Shown here piece by piece: positions 36,701 through 48,700 of a stretch of DNA of 64,000 bases. How positions within the stretch are numbered: the stretch's first letter is position 1; the number at the start of each line of letters is the position of its first letter. The stretch is from positions 3,231,078 to 3,295,077 of the forward strand of contig NW_019091357.1 of the NCBI RefSeq assembly GCF_001949145.1. Reading direction: 5' to 3'. The stretch is from Acanthaster planci. Taxonomy: Eukaryota. Made by a program: the position numbers and the translations under genes. A model generated the notes under the pieces. It was not told where the DNA came from. It worked only from the letters and a program-made list of their open reading frames with translations, and did no database searches.

Positions 36701-39700
36701 ACGGCATCGTGGAGGAGGCCATGCAGCACGCGGCTGACCTGAAGAACCAGTCCGACTACCTCAGCGGGTACATAACTCAAATGAGGAAATTTTACTCAGC
36801 CAATGCTGGCGTTGGGACTGGCTGGGGATGGACACTACCCAGTGGCTGCCATAGACGCCTGTGTTTTTCTTAGCCCTAGCCAGTTTGACTTCAGACACCA
36901 CCTTGACAGTCATTATTACCCCTTTCACCTCACTGTGAGACCAAGTCTGGTACCCGACGTCAGCACAGTTATCTTTGTATACTCCTGAGGGGGAAGAGAG
37001 GCAAATGTGGGGTAAGGTAACTTGCCCAACATGCAACTAGCTGTCGTCAATTTTGTACCCCGGCCTTGTGATTATGGTCACAAGGCCTAACCACCAGTCC
37101 CAGAAGGCAAAAAAAAAAAGGTAGTCTTGATTTGACAAGGAAAGCATTTTTTGTACCATTTGTGTTATGTTTTTCCTGATCGCTTTTTTGCTCTGTTTGG
37201 TCATTAGCCTGTTGGTCGGCACTTTGGAACTGTCGGAGAATGCTATCAGAGCAGTCAATGCGTATGGAGAGATCGTCGACGCCATCGACGCAGCCGAAAA
37301 AGCCGCCATGGATGCCCTGAACGCTAGCAGCAAGGCAGAGGAGCAGGTAAATGGGTGGAGCTTGGTGCCTTTCCTACCCCCCCCTATTACGCCATCCACA
37401 CTGGGGATTGGTTTTGCTGTCTATGAGCACTCACAGCTAAACCTCGTAGGTCTTATATTTCCAAGATTCCATATCTTTCATTTTGCTCCACTCTTGATTC
37501 CACCATGCATCTTTCCTTGCCGAGCGTTACAGTTCATTCTTATTAAAAACCTGAAGGAAAATAGATCGGATCAAAAAAGAGGCTGTCGGGGTTCTGAAAT
37601 ATTTGTCCTTCAAGTTTTGTCCATTTTTAATACTTTTCCTTTTCTCTCGATTCCCATCCCATGCAGGCGAACAGCTTTGGCAACAGCCCAGCCGAAGAAC
37701 TGAAGCAGAGCAGGCGTCTCAACAGAAAGGCAGCCACTGCCAATGAGGCGCTGGCAGGTAAAACAAACAAACAAGAGGACTGTCTCTCCACTCGATGTAT
37801 TAATTGTCGACCACAAGATGGCGCTATTACATCCTCTCGGGCAAAGTGTGAGCTAAGCAGTGGCTATGTTGGGACGCCACAGGGTTGTAGCTGGTGACAG
37901 TTTTGCCAAGAGACGTGCACAAGTTTCACAGGAGTAAAATCGAACTTCCAAAATGACTTTTTGCAGTGTGATGTATTTCATAGTAGAATGTGTGTCTTTT
38001 AGTATTCAAATTTCTCAGAATATCTTCAGTAAAACTAAAGTTTAAAACAGATTTGGAATGCTCAAATATGGAGTATTTGAAAATTACTTGACATATTCTG
38101 ATGTTATCTTTCGCAAAAGTTGCAGTACAAGGCCATTGGAGTTTACAGCATGCACTTCCCTATTAGTATTAGTACTGATTTTAATTATTTTTTTCTCTCA
38201 TTCGTTGAAACTGTTGCAGATCTGGATGAAAAATTGGGGGAGGTGGGCCAGAGTGTGGATCAGGTCCGAGACCGTCTGGACAACGCGGACGGTCGCCTGG
38301 CCGCCATCCGCCGCGGCATGGCCAACATTCCTGACGACGGCAGCATGTGCACCATCACGGTGTGCCAGGAAGGAGAGGTTGACTGTAAGCCTGGCTTTGC
38401 CGGCGAGAACTGCGACACCAGTAAGTCGCTACGAGTTGTTGGGCCCCCTCATAGGACTGTAGTGGTCAGATGATCTACACCCAGTTCTTAAGGCGCTAGG
38501 TTTCTTTACACAACACCTGAATCAACACTCGTTATCTAATTGGTGGGTCGTCGATCATATGTCACAAATGATTCAATCTGACTGACTGGTGATTAGACTG
38601 GTGACTGGACCTACATGTATTGCATATACTCTTATGCATGCACACACAAAAGTATTTTTGGAAAAGGTGAAAATGGAAGTGTTGAAAAAAGGGGTCGTTT
38701 GAAATTGTAATAGAGAGATGCAGAGAAGTTCAATATACTTATTTATGCATGCAACAATTTATGCGCGCAACGAGTACCATTTTATTCAATTTATTTAAAA
38801 CAAATATCACCCAACTCCCTTTGCTGTGGTTTATTGTTCAACCTGTGGAACATTGAGTCAGTATCAAAAAAGTGGGGAAAATGTATTCTTCCCTTCCAGT
38901 TGGATTTCCGGTGTTCATGCAAATGCAAGAAGCAAAGTCTATTTATCTTGGCCTCAGTACAAGAAGTTGGAGAGCAATTTTTTTTTTTTTTCTTTAGGTG
39001 TGGCAGCTTCACTAGATTGGGTCCTGTTAGGACGCATCTCCCCATTCAAGGAAATGATTTATGTTTTTCCTTTCCGACAGGTAAGCTTAGTGACAAAGCA
39101 CAGGAGGCCGTGGACACAGCCATGGAGGCCAATGCCAAGGCCACTCAAGCCACCGACACCATCGCCGACGTCCAGGGCCAGCTGCCTGAGCTTCGGGCCA
39201 AGTTTGACAAGATCCCCACCGATGTCGATGCAGCCATCCAGACTGGAAATATTGCCGATGATGCCAGTAAGTCGGTGCATAGTTGCGATGTCTTGAGACC
39301 AGAACCGGTCTGGTTCCAATGTCGGCCGTGAAGCAATCTCTCCTCAGGAATAATGGATGCGCATGGGAATTATCAGTTGTCCAACTTCACCATTTTCCAA
39401 ATGATTTGTGTGACTCTGCACACAGCAGCCAACCTTCTCTGAAAACTCTCCCTGTGGAAATATTTTTGCCAGCAAGATCTTCAACAAATTTGATGTCGAG
39501 CAATCTCTGCGGTGAATTTTGTGAAAGTTGAAAGGCGTTAACCTTTTTCGATTTGCAGATCACATTTTCATTCGCTGTCACGGCTGAGCATGGACCAGCC
39601 TTTGGCAGCGTGTTTTCTGTGTCTGATCTTGGCTCTTGCGTGCCTCTTGCAGGTAACCGAGCCAGGGTGGGCGTGAGGGACATCAGCAACCTGGACCGGG

Positions 39701-42700
39701 AGCTGACCGCCATGCACGCCAACATCCAGAACCTGACCCTGGGCCTGCAGTACAACCTGGACGAGATCAAGAGAAAGATCGCCAGCGCCCGTACCCTCGC
39801 TGACGGAGTAAGTTCACGGTCCAAAAAAGAATAAAGAGCACGGACACAATGCTTGAGTCATCGATGGCACTTCGTTGTCTCTTCACATGAGTTGACCAAG
39901 GAGACATTGCAGATATGAACACCAATACAAACAAATTTTCAACTTCTATCCATTCATGAAATTTTTGTTTGATTTTGCTGTTGCTAATATAATAGCATGG
40001 CTCATTGCTCTCCAAAAGCTCTTAGAAATATTCCAACCTGTAACCTCCTAACTAGTGCATACATCTCAACCACTCGACCCCCTTAGTTCATTGTGGTCAA
40101 AAGGCCCGTTTGAATCCAGTACGGTGACAGGTACTGCCGGATTCTTGTACCGCCTGTTGTCGGAAGGCCCCTTCTCCGTCAATTCTTGCTGTATATACCC
40201 ACTTGAGATGGACCTGGACTGGTCTTTCCAAACAGTATCTAGTTTTACCCTGGTCCGTCCAAGAATAGGTCGGCAGCTTTCCACCTTTAGAACAGACTCC
40301 CACATGGGCGCTGCGTCAGGCTGCGTTCAGTAATCTTAAACTTGGATGTGCGTAAAAAGGAGCCAGGTACCTAGAATTTTATTGTCGGGTATAATCAGGT
40401 GTCTGATTATCTATCTCAGCCCTACTTTGTATGGGATAAGGGAGCGTTTCATAATTGTTGGAGGCAGTATTTACTGCGGTACCACTGTTTTTTTTAGCGG
40501 CACCACACTATTTACCCGAAAGGGCTTAATGCTGGTATCGCAAAAATACAGGGGTACCGCAGTAAATACCGCCTTCTGTAGTTATGAAACGTTCCCTAAC
40601 TCGTCTTGCCCAGTCCTCGTTATAATCCCTCTTTGTTTTTCTCCCTTCTCCCTCCCATCTGCACCCAGGTGAAAGTGGCCATGAAGTTCAAGCCAGACTC
40701 CTCCGTCCAGCTGCGTTCCCTGGCTCCCGAGGCCTTGGAAGGCCAGGCCGCTTACACGTCCACCTCCTTGTTCTTCAGGACGCAGGAGCCCAATGCCTTG
40801 CTCTTCTTCATGGGAGGCCCAACGGCACAGGTGAGAATGTTGCTTTCCCTCCCACATTTGAGGGAGTGAGCTTGCAGCCTGAACCTTTTTCCTCGTGGCT
40901 GGGTATAATTTGAAATTTTCCTGTGGAATTCCCACATTGCTGCTTGATAAAGCTAGTTGCGGGGAAGCTGTCCAAAAATAATCCAAATTGATTATGAGTT
41001 CTTTGAAAATCGTTGAGTGTACCAATGCATTCATGAGTCCATTGTTGGCATAATGGCGTGGAATTAATTAATGAAAGAACTTGCAGATGCGCAGCTGTGT
41101 GGTCACATTTTGCTCACTATTTAATGTTTGTGGTTTGGGGGATTTGTTTTGGCAGGACGACTATTACTCCTTGGGTATCGAGGATTCCAACGTGGTCCTC
41201 CGTTACAACTTGGGCGATGGGGATTACGTAGTACCTGTGGCCAAGGACGTTAATGACTACAGGTGGCACCAGGTCATCGGTGAACGGTAAGGCACAGTGG
41301 AGTCACTGTCCTTGATCACTTTTAAAGTGACTTTCCCCAATGGCAAAACACATAACCAGCAACTGCGTTCCGACCCACTTTGCTCGGGAGTTACCAGGCC
41401 TAAAACTCGAGGGATTTGAGGTGGAGCTTTTCACGGTCATTTATTTCCCCCCAGCACTGGCAAATATGCAAAGGTCACCGTCAAGGGACTTGGACAGGAT
41501 GACGTGGTTCAGTACGGGGATTCCAGCAGGGATCTGACCATCCTGGACCTCAGCCCCGACTCACAGATCTTCGTCGGGGGCATCCCACCGGGCGTCCAGG
41601 TAAGGTTTAGGGTGGCGGCAGTTGCTATTTGAACAAAGAGCATAAGTGAACTTCAGTTTCTACTCCAATGAAAGCAGAAGGATGCTTTTGTTATGAACTA
41701 TTAAACTCTTTCAATATGTTCAGCAATATCATCCACATAGAAGAGGTGTTTTTGTTTTGTCAAATTTGATGGGTCTTTTTTGTTTTTTTGTCAAATTTGA
41801 TGTCCTTTTGTCTGTGCTATTTATCAGTGGCTGCCAGCAGCGTTACCCAGCCGTGTCTTCAACAGTGGCGGTATTGACGAGGTGCTGGTGAACGGCCAGC
41901 CGCTGAGCCTCTGGAACTTTGCAGATGCCATCAACGCCGATGAAGGAATCCTCAGGTGAGGACATAAGGCTCGTGGATCGAGCAAGAGTGTCATGGGGGG
42001 AGGAGTGAGTTTTGGGAAGTTCCAGGAAGTTCCAGGAAGTTCCAGGAAACAGCTGGTGGCTAGAAGAAATCACGAATGGATCTGGACAATTAAGCGGAAT
42101 CTTTTGAAAATTTGAGAGATTGATGGTGAGGGAAAAATTTCAGTCAGGTTCTGGTATAGTTTCAGGGCTCTTGTTGGAAAAAAGGAATTTGCAAGAAACT
42201 TTATAATACAGATGACTGGACGTACACAAATGGAATTTCAAATGATTTCAAATTTCAGAAATGGTCAGTTGAAGAATATTGCACCGTTTAAACAAAGTTT
42301 GAAAAATCACACTGCCAGTCTACAATTGGTAAAGTTTTTTTTTTACTATCGTCTTCCCCGCCTGTGTTCCAGGAATGACACCATTGATATTCCAGTGGAT
42401 CCAGACACGGAGGGCATCATGTTCAATGGAAGCGGCTACATCGTGCTGCCCAACCGAAACTTCAACCCCAGGTTCACCGACATGAGTATCACCTTCCGGA
42501 CCTACGCTGCCAACGGTCTGCTGTTATTCATGGGCGATCAGGTGGGCCTCTTTATCCCTGTCCTCCCCTTCCCCACCTCTACTTTCCCCCTCTCCCCGAC
42601 AAAAGTACCAAAGCTGGAAGAGGACTGGCTTCAGCCCCCCCCCAACTGTTCCAGATACCCCAGAATTATTTGGGGGAGGTATTTGGGAGCGTTTTAAAGG

Positions 42701-45700
42701 ATTGATTATGGTAGACTTTAGCCACCGTAACTTTATGTAGGGATTGAGTTGTGAGAGCAAAGTTTGTGCATACCACACATAGTCTATTCACCATGCAGCT
42801 GCTGGTTCAATGGGGCCTGCTGATGGACAAAGCGTTCCATTCAGGGCATACCACAGCCCAGCAGTCACGGTCAAAAGAATTACCGGCGTGAAAGGGTTAA
42901 CCATCACGGAGAGACTCACAGACTGAATGCGTCTGTTTTCTGCCGCAGGGCAAATATTTTGCCGTAGAGCTGAGCGGAGGTCGCGTGCAGTTCCAATTCG
43001 ACCTTGGGACTGGTTCCCAAACCCTGGTCACAAACAACAGGTACAACAACGGGGAGCAGACCAGGGTGCACGTTAACCTAGTCGGCAACACAGGTCGCCT
43101 GCGGGTGACACCCGCGAACGGGTAAGCACTGGCCCTGTTCCGGGAGTTTCTGAAATTGCGAGAAATTTTAATATGTAAATTACCGAGGGTCCTTGGGCGT
43201 TGCTGGAATTGTAAGGGTCATCCCATTGAATTTATTTATGTTATTTATTCCATTTCTTTAATACCCAGGGTGTGTTCAAATAGTTAAAAACTGGTTTCCA
43301 TTGGGGCCTTGCATATTTCAAACAATTAAGTAATGGTATACTCACATCACAAGATTATTACTTTGTTTGAACATACAATGAACACTGAAACAAAATAAAC
43401 ATATACATCATAGAATAAGCAAATGAACACGGCACTATTATAATTTTAATGCTTGTGTTGTTCAAATGAACTTAGAACAGTGCAAAAAACCACCTTATTA
43501 TTTTATTTTTTTCTCCGTTTCAAGAACTGGTTTATTCACGCTGGTTTACCCTTATGTATGAAAACAAGATCGCCTGAGACAGACTACCAATTCCCCTATT
43601 TATTGTGTTCCCACTGCGTTCAGTGTTCAAGAGGAAACATCAGGAAGCTCTCCGGGTAGCGGTGACCGACTGGCTGCTGGAAACATCTACGTCGGCGGCT
43701 TGGTGGGAATCCCAGACAATCTCTATCCGTAAGTTTTGAGTTTTTTCGCCGGACTCTTGAATTTTTGGAGGGGGAGGGGGCTGTGGCAGGGCTTAGGAGC
43801 CTTCTGCGGATTAAGCCAGGTCTCTGCGAGATGACCCCTGCTGCGGAAGGCAGTTTCAGAGACATTTTGGGGCTAGGGTTGTCTGTCACAAAAGGAAGAG
43901 CAAAAGAGTGTTCACAGTACCAAAAATAAAACGTGTATTTTCACCATTTTTTGTTAACTGCATGAAAAGAGAGAATTGTCCACAGCTATGTAAGCAGGGA
44001 TGTATTTAGGGGGGCACGTAGACACCCCCCTCGCCTGCTTAAGGCCTGCCCTCCCCCATGTGCCCCCTTGCCCAGATATTAGAGAAGGAAAAAAATCTGG
44101 TGATAGTGACTCGGTCATTGTTTCAAGAGTGACCAATCCCATCGAGTGCCCCTTCCACAATATGAGGGTCCCCCAACTCCCCTCTCCCCCGCAAAACATG
44201 CCCCAGCTATGCCACTGTAAGGTAAACAGGTGTAGGTGTAGATTTGTTGGGGTTGTTTGAGCCTGGTGTTGCATTTAAAGCCTGACCGAGGTAAAGTTAC
44301 ATTCTGCCCAACACTCTGTCCCCAAGGTCGGTAAGCCGCATCGGTTTCCGAGGCTGCCTGCGGGAGTTGTCTGTTGGAGGCCTGCAGATCGACCCCTTAC
44401 AGAACATTGAGAGCTCTGGCGTTCACCCGATCTGTGTGGCCGAGGTGAGTGTCTTAAGCATCATTGCAGTACATTTAAAACCGCAACAGTGCTTGATTCA
44501 CACAAGGCCCAGGCCTGGCCTGGATTTTCAGTGGCAAAGCCGAGCGTCTAGTTCTGGTTTACTCCCAAAATCAATTTGTGATCTATCCCATCAAAGCAAA
44601 AAGATCAAGTGTCATACCTCATGATGCTGTAGGATGCAGATAATTTTGTAACTTCGTGTAAGATCCAGCAGAACACTTGTATACCGTGACTGCAGCCTTT
44701 CACGATTACGCTTGACTTGTGTGGGATTTGTCCCGTGATTTGAGTTGGACTTCCCACAAACTCTACTGCTACGCTAGCTAAAACCGGCCTCCAGTATTTT
44801 GTGTGAGCCCAGAGATGCCCCAGTTTTAATGCTATCCTTGTCTTTTCTCCCACAATGCATTGCCAGAGAGTTAGCCTGGTCTCGTTCAACGGTCCCTACG
44901 GCGGTTATGTGTCGCGGGCCCCATTCGACATCACTACCGACTTGGGCATTATATTTAGATTCCGCACTATGCAGCCAGATGGTGTCATGGTGTACACTGC
45001 CAATGCCGACAAGGTAGGTGCTCTTGTAAAAAGTGTTAACAGGGACTCTGCAATCATTTCTCAAAACTTCAGCCTTTGTGTAGACCTCGAGAGTTCCAGC
45101 TGGTTTCCAGACTTTGGACCAGCATTGGAACATGGGATGATTTTTTTCAGAGCCACCACACTGATGGAAAAGCCATATGGTCTGATGGGGCTAGGGCTCG
45201 TCTGTGTATGGTTACAAGGTGAAGGACGAAGCCTGCACTGGGATCGGGTCTCTGCCACGGATAGACCCTTGGAGGGAGGGTTTGTCAGATTAAATGCCTT
45301 TCGAGGACCACTGCACATAGAATTGCGAGAAGGAAGGGGAAAAGCAAGAACAGGTGCTTATTAACCCCGACTTGAGATGCCCCTCTCAAACCAAACCTGG
45401 GTCTGCCCCTGTCTGGCTTTTGGAGAGTGTTTCTTGGAAATGCTTTGACCCTTCAAATAAGTTGGGGGACCCTGATTTTAAATTGGATTCCAACCGAGTG
45501 GCATCCGTTCTTAATTTGATAATCGAAATAATTAGTGAATTGCTGGGTTTTTTCTTTCTTTTTTTCAGTCTCAGTTTCTTGCTGTCATGATGGTGTCGGG
45601 TGCTGTGCATGTCATGGGCGACTGCGGAGACGACACAGCTGAGGTTGTCTCCCTGCAAAATACGTACAATGACGGCGAGTGGCACACGGTCTCTGTAACC

Positions 45701-48700
45701 AAGAGAGTCAAAAAGTGAGCTTTGAATGATCTTTTTTTTTATCATTTGGGATCTGATCCTGGCTAGAATCGTGACTCTTGACTGAACATGAGTTGATTGG
45801 TGAAAGAAAAAAATTTAAATTGCCAAACCATCGCTTTTAAAGTAGCTCTTTGATGCCTGAGATACTGTAGACCTTGTACAACATGCTGCCTCCAGGACCC
45901 ATCTGAGGTAATGAATATTCCAGCTAGGGTTATTTTGTCAATTTTTTCTTCTCATACAAGGCTCACCTTAGTGGTGGACGATGAGGGCTTTGGAAACTTC
46001 AACCGTTTCCAGAAGAAGACGATACGGACGGACAGCTTCCTCTTGGTGGGGGGCTTCCCCAGGGACGATTTCATCGAGCCGGCCATCCTGCCCACAATGG
46101 ACAACTTCATCGGCTGCATAGCTGACCTCTCCTTCGGGGTGGAGTGAGTTGGACCTGCTTTTACGATTGTTTTCACTGAATACTATGAACTTTATCCAGG
46201 AAAACCTGTGTATAGCTTTCCATTTCCAGATTGTTTGCTTGATACTGTTTTTATTTAGAAGTTGCTGTTTTCTGGTGGTGCTGGGTTGCCTGCATCTCTT
46301 CTTGGCTTCAGCATTGATTTGATGGCCACCCACACATAAACCACAAACTCTATTTTTTTTGGTCATTTAGTAAAGGGGTGAGTTTCAGCGATCAGATCAT
46401 CTCGGACAACAACGCCAACCTAAACGCCTGCCCGGTAGGCTCCACCCTGCCCACCGTCCCCTCTCTCAACACAACCGGGCCTGACCGAGGCCCGGCTGCG
46501 CCCACAACCTCCCCGTCACCTGTGACCACGCCCACCGAGGCAGTAGGCACCTGCAAGCTGCCGAGGGTGGCCGGAGCGGGCGAGCAGCTCCCCGAGGACG
46601 AGGGAGCCGACCAGTATGGCATCACCACCCACAGCCGGAAAGAGTACCCCATCCTGGATTCGGCCTTCAAACGGAAGTGAGTCACAGTTGCCATGGCAGC
46701 ATCCTCCCCACTTTTTCGTGCCATTTTATATTAGGAGACAGTAGCACTGTCACTCTTTAGAGCTTTGATGAGGGACGAACTGCCTATGATATTTTGTGTA
46801 TTACTCTGCACACTTATGGCCAGACAGTTTGAGGCCGATTCCCATCAAAGTGAACCATGGCGCATTCATTTTGGCTTGGAGAAAGAGCAGCACCGCTACT
46901 GAAGGACCTATCTCGTATATCCTGGTCACTGTTAACGGAGGATGCCTCTGAATTTAAACCAAGAGAGCTGGACCTGCCTGAGGAAAGGCTTGCCCTGCTG
47001 CACATGATTCTGCCCACTGTTGTGTAACCTGATTGATTGGACTTAGAATAAACCACGCGCAATCAGACAAGTCTTATCTTGGTTTTTATAAGAATTAAAG
47101 CGGTACTTTTTTGTAACTGAAATCCTGTTCTGGAATGTAAGACTCGCAACGGAAGGAGCAGGCTTTGTTTAACTTCAAATTTTGTGGGCAGAGTGTTGAT
47201 ACGTTTCAAGTAAACCCGCCATTGATATCCCTGTTTTCATCTCGTTCCCTCCCCCTCCCCCCAAAAACCCAATCTGACAACAGCATGGTCATGCAGGTGG
47301 AGCTGAAGACTGTTGCCCGCAACGGCCTGATCATGTACACCTCTGACACCCGCCGCATCGACTTCACTGCTGCCTACCTGCGGGACGGCAAAGTGGTCTT
47401 TGGCTGGGACTACGGCAGCGGGCCTAAGCTGATTGAGTCCCCCGATCCTGTCAACGACGGCAGATGGCACACAGTGAGTCCACTTACAGCCCACCAAGAG
47501 AGTGAAGGGTTTTTTCAACATGACTAGGGCAGATACATACCTGATGGGAACTGTCCCGTTAAGTTTTCAAATCACAAAAAAAAGAATGTTCCAAGAATCA
47601 GTCTTCCAGTCAAAATATCGATCAACTTTTCTCCACAATATGGCATTAAATGTCACATAAAAAGTCACATTGTAGCCCTGGAAAGTCCTGGGAAAGCCAA
47701 GGAATTGGGTTTTCCAGTTTCTGTTGGAACCCTGACTTCTATTCCCTGCCTCATACTGTCACGCTTTTTTTCTGTCTTTTGCGGCCAGGTTGTCATGAAG
47801 CGAGAGGGCGCCCTGGGTGAACTGACCATTGACGGCCAGTTAGTCAAGAAGGACGAGATAGCCGGCAGCAACCGCTTCCTGAGGTCCACCATCCCTGTCT
47901 ACTTTGGCGGGGTGGACCCTGCGGTCATCGATACCATCAAGGACAACCAAGTCCATGTGAGTGTGCCATCATTTGTGTCACAAGTGCGCATGAGATCCGG
48001 CTTCAGCAGATTTGGACAGGCAGTCTCTGCTTGAAGTTTACAAGTCCCCAGTTTTTTACGTAAATCTTCAACACTGGTGAATAAGTCCTTGAATCTCCTT
48101 CCAAAGGAAGGGGGGTGTGGAAGCACGGCCTTAGATAGCAACAAGGGGCGTCAGTTTCAAAACTTTTCCTTGGATTCAGACAGGCAGTTATGAAACTCAG
48201 CTGGGAAGGGACAAGCAGATGTTTCAGTTCTAGATCAAACCCTGCTCTCTCACCACCCAAGGGATAGAAATAATCAATGCTTGCGAGACATTTTTGAGTG
48301 CATCGCTCGCAATGACAAATTTTCTTTCCTCCTCGTCTGATGGTAGCCTCTATCTCGGACGAGCTTCGTGGGATGCCTGCGCGGTTTCATGCTAGGACAG
48401 GAGGCGGCCGACGCGCCCATCGGCCCAGCCGACAGGACTGTGGATGTCCAGCCCTGCACAGGAATCATTGAGCCGGGCGTGTTCTTCGGCAACGAAGGGG
48501 GCTACCTCGAGCAGAGTGAGTGAAATTCCAGAGTTTGAGACCCTTCCATCAAGCCCTCCTTACGACTACCAAATGGAGAAAAAAAGAGACTGGGTATATT
48601 CAGTACCCAGAGTTAAGTCATCGCAAGCCTCTAAATGGTCAGTTGGAAGCATTTGGCGTCCCTGCCATTTCTGCACTTGCTGCCTCACTTAGGATTTGAC

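Noticed and set aside
41828..41955. LG1 lacks the usual C-terminal disulfide cysteines (FNSGGIDE ... EGILR)
   Set aside because: As I recall, Drosophila LanA LG1 also lacks them, so this is probably ordinary for invertebrate alpha3/5 chains.
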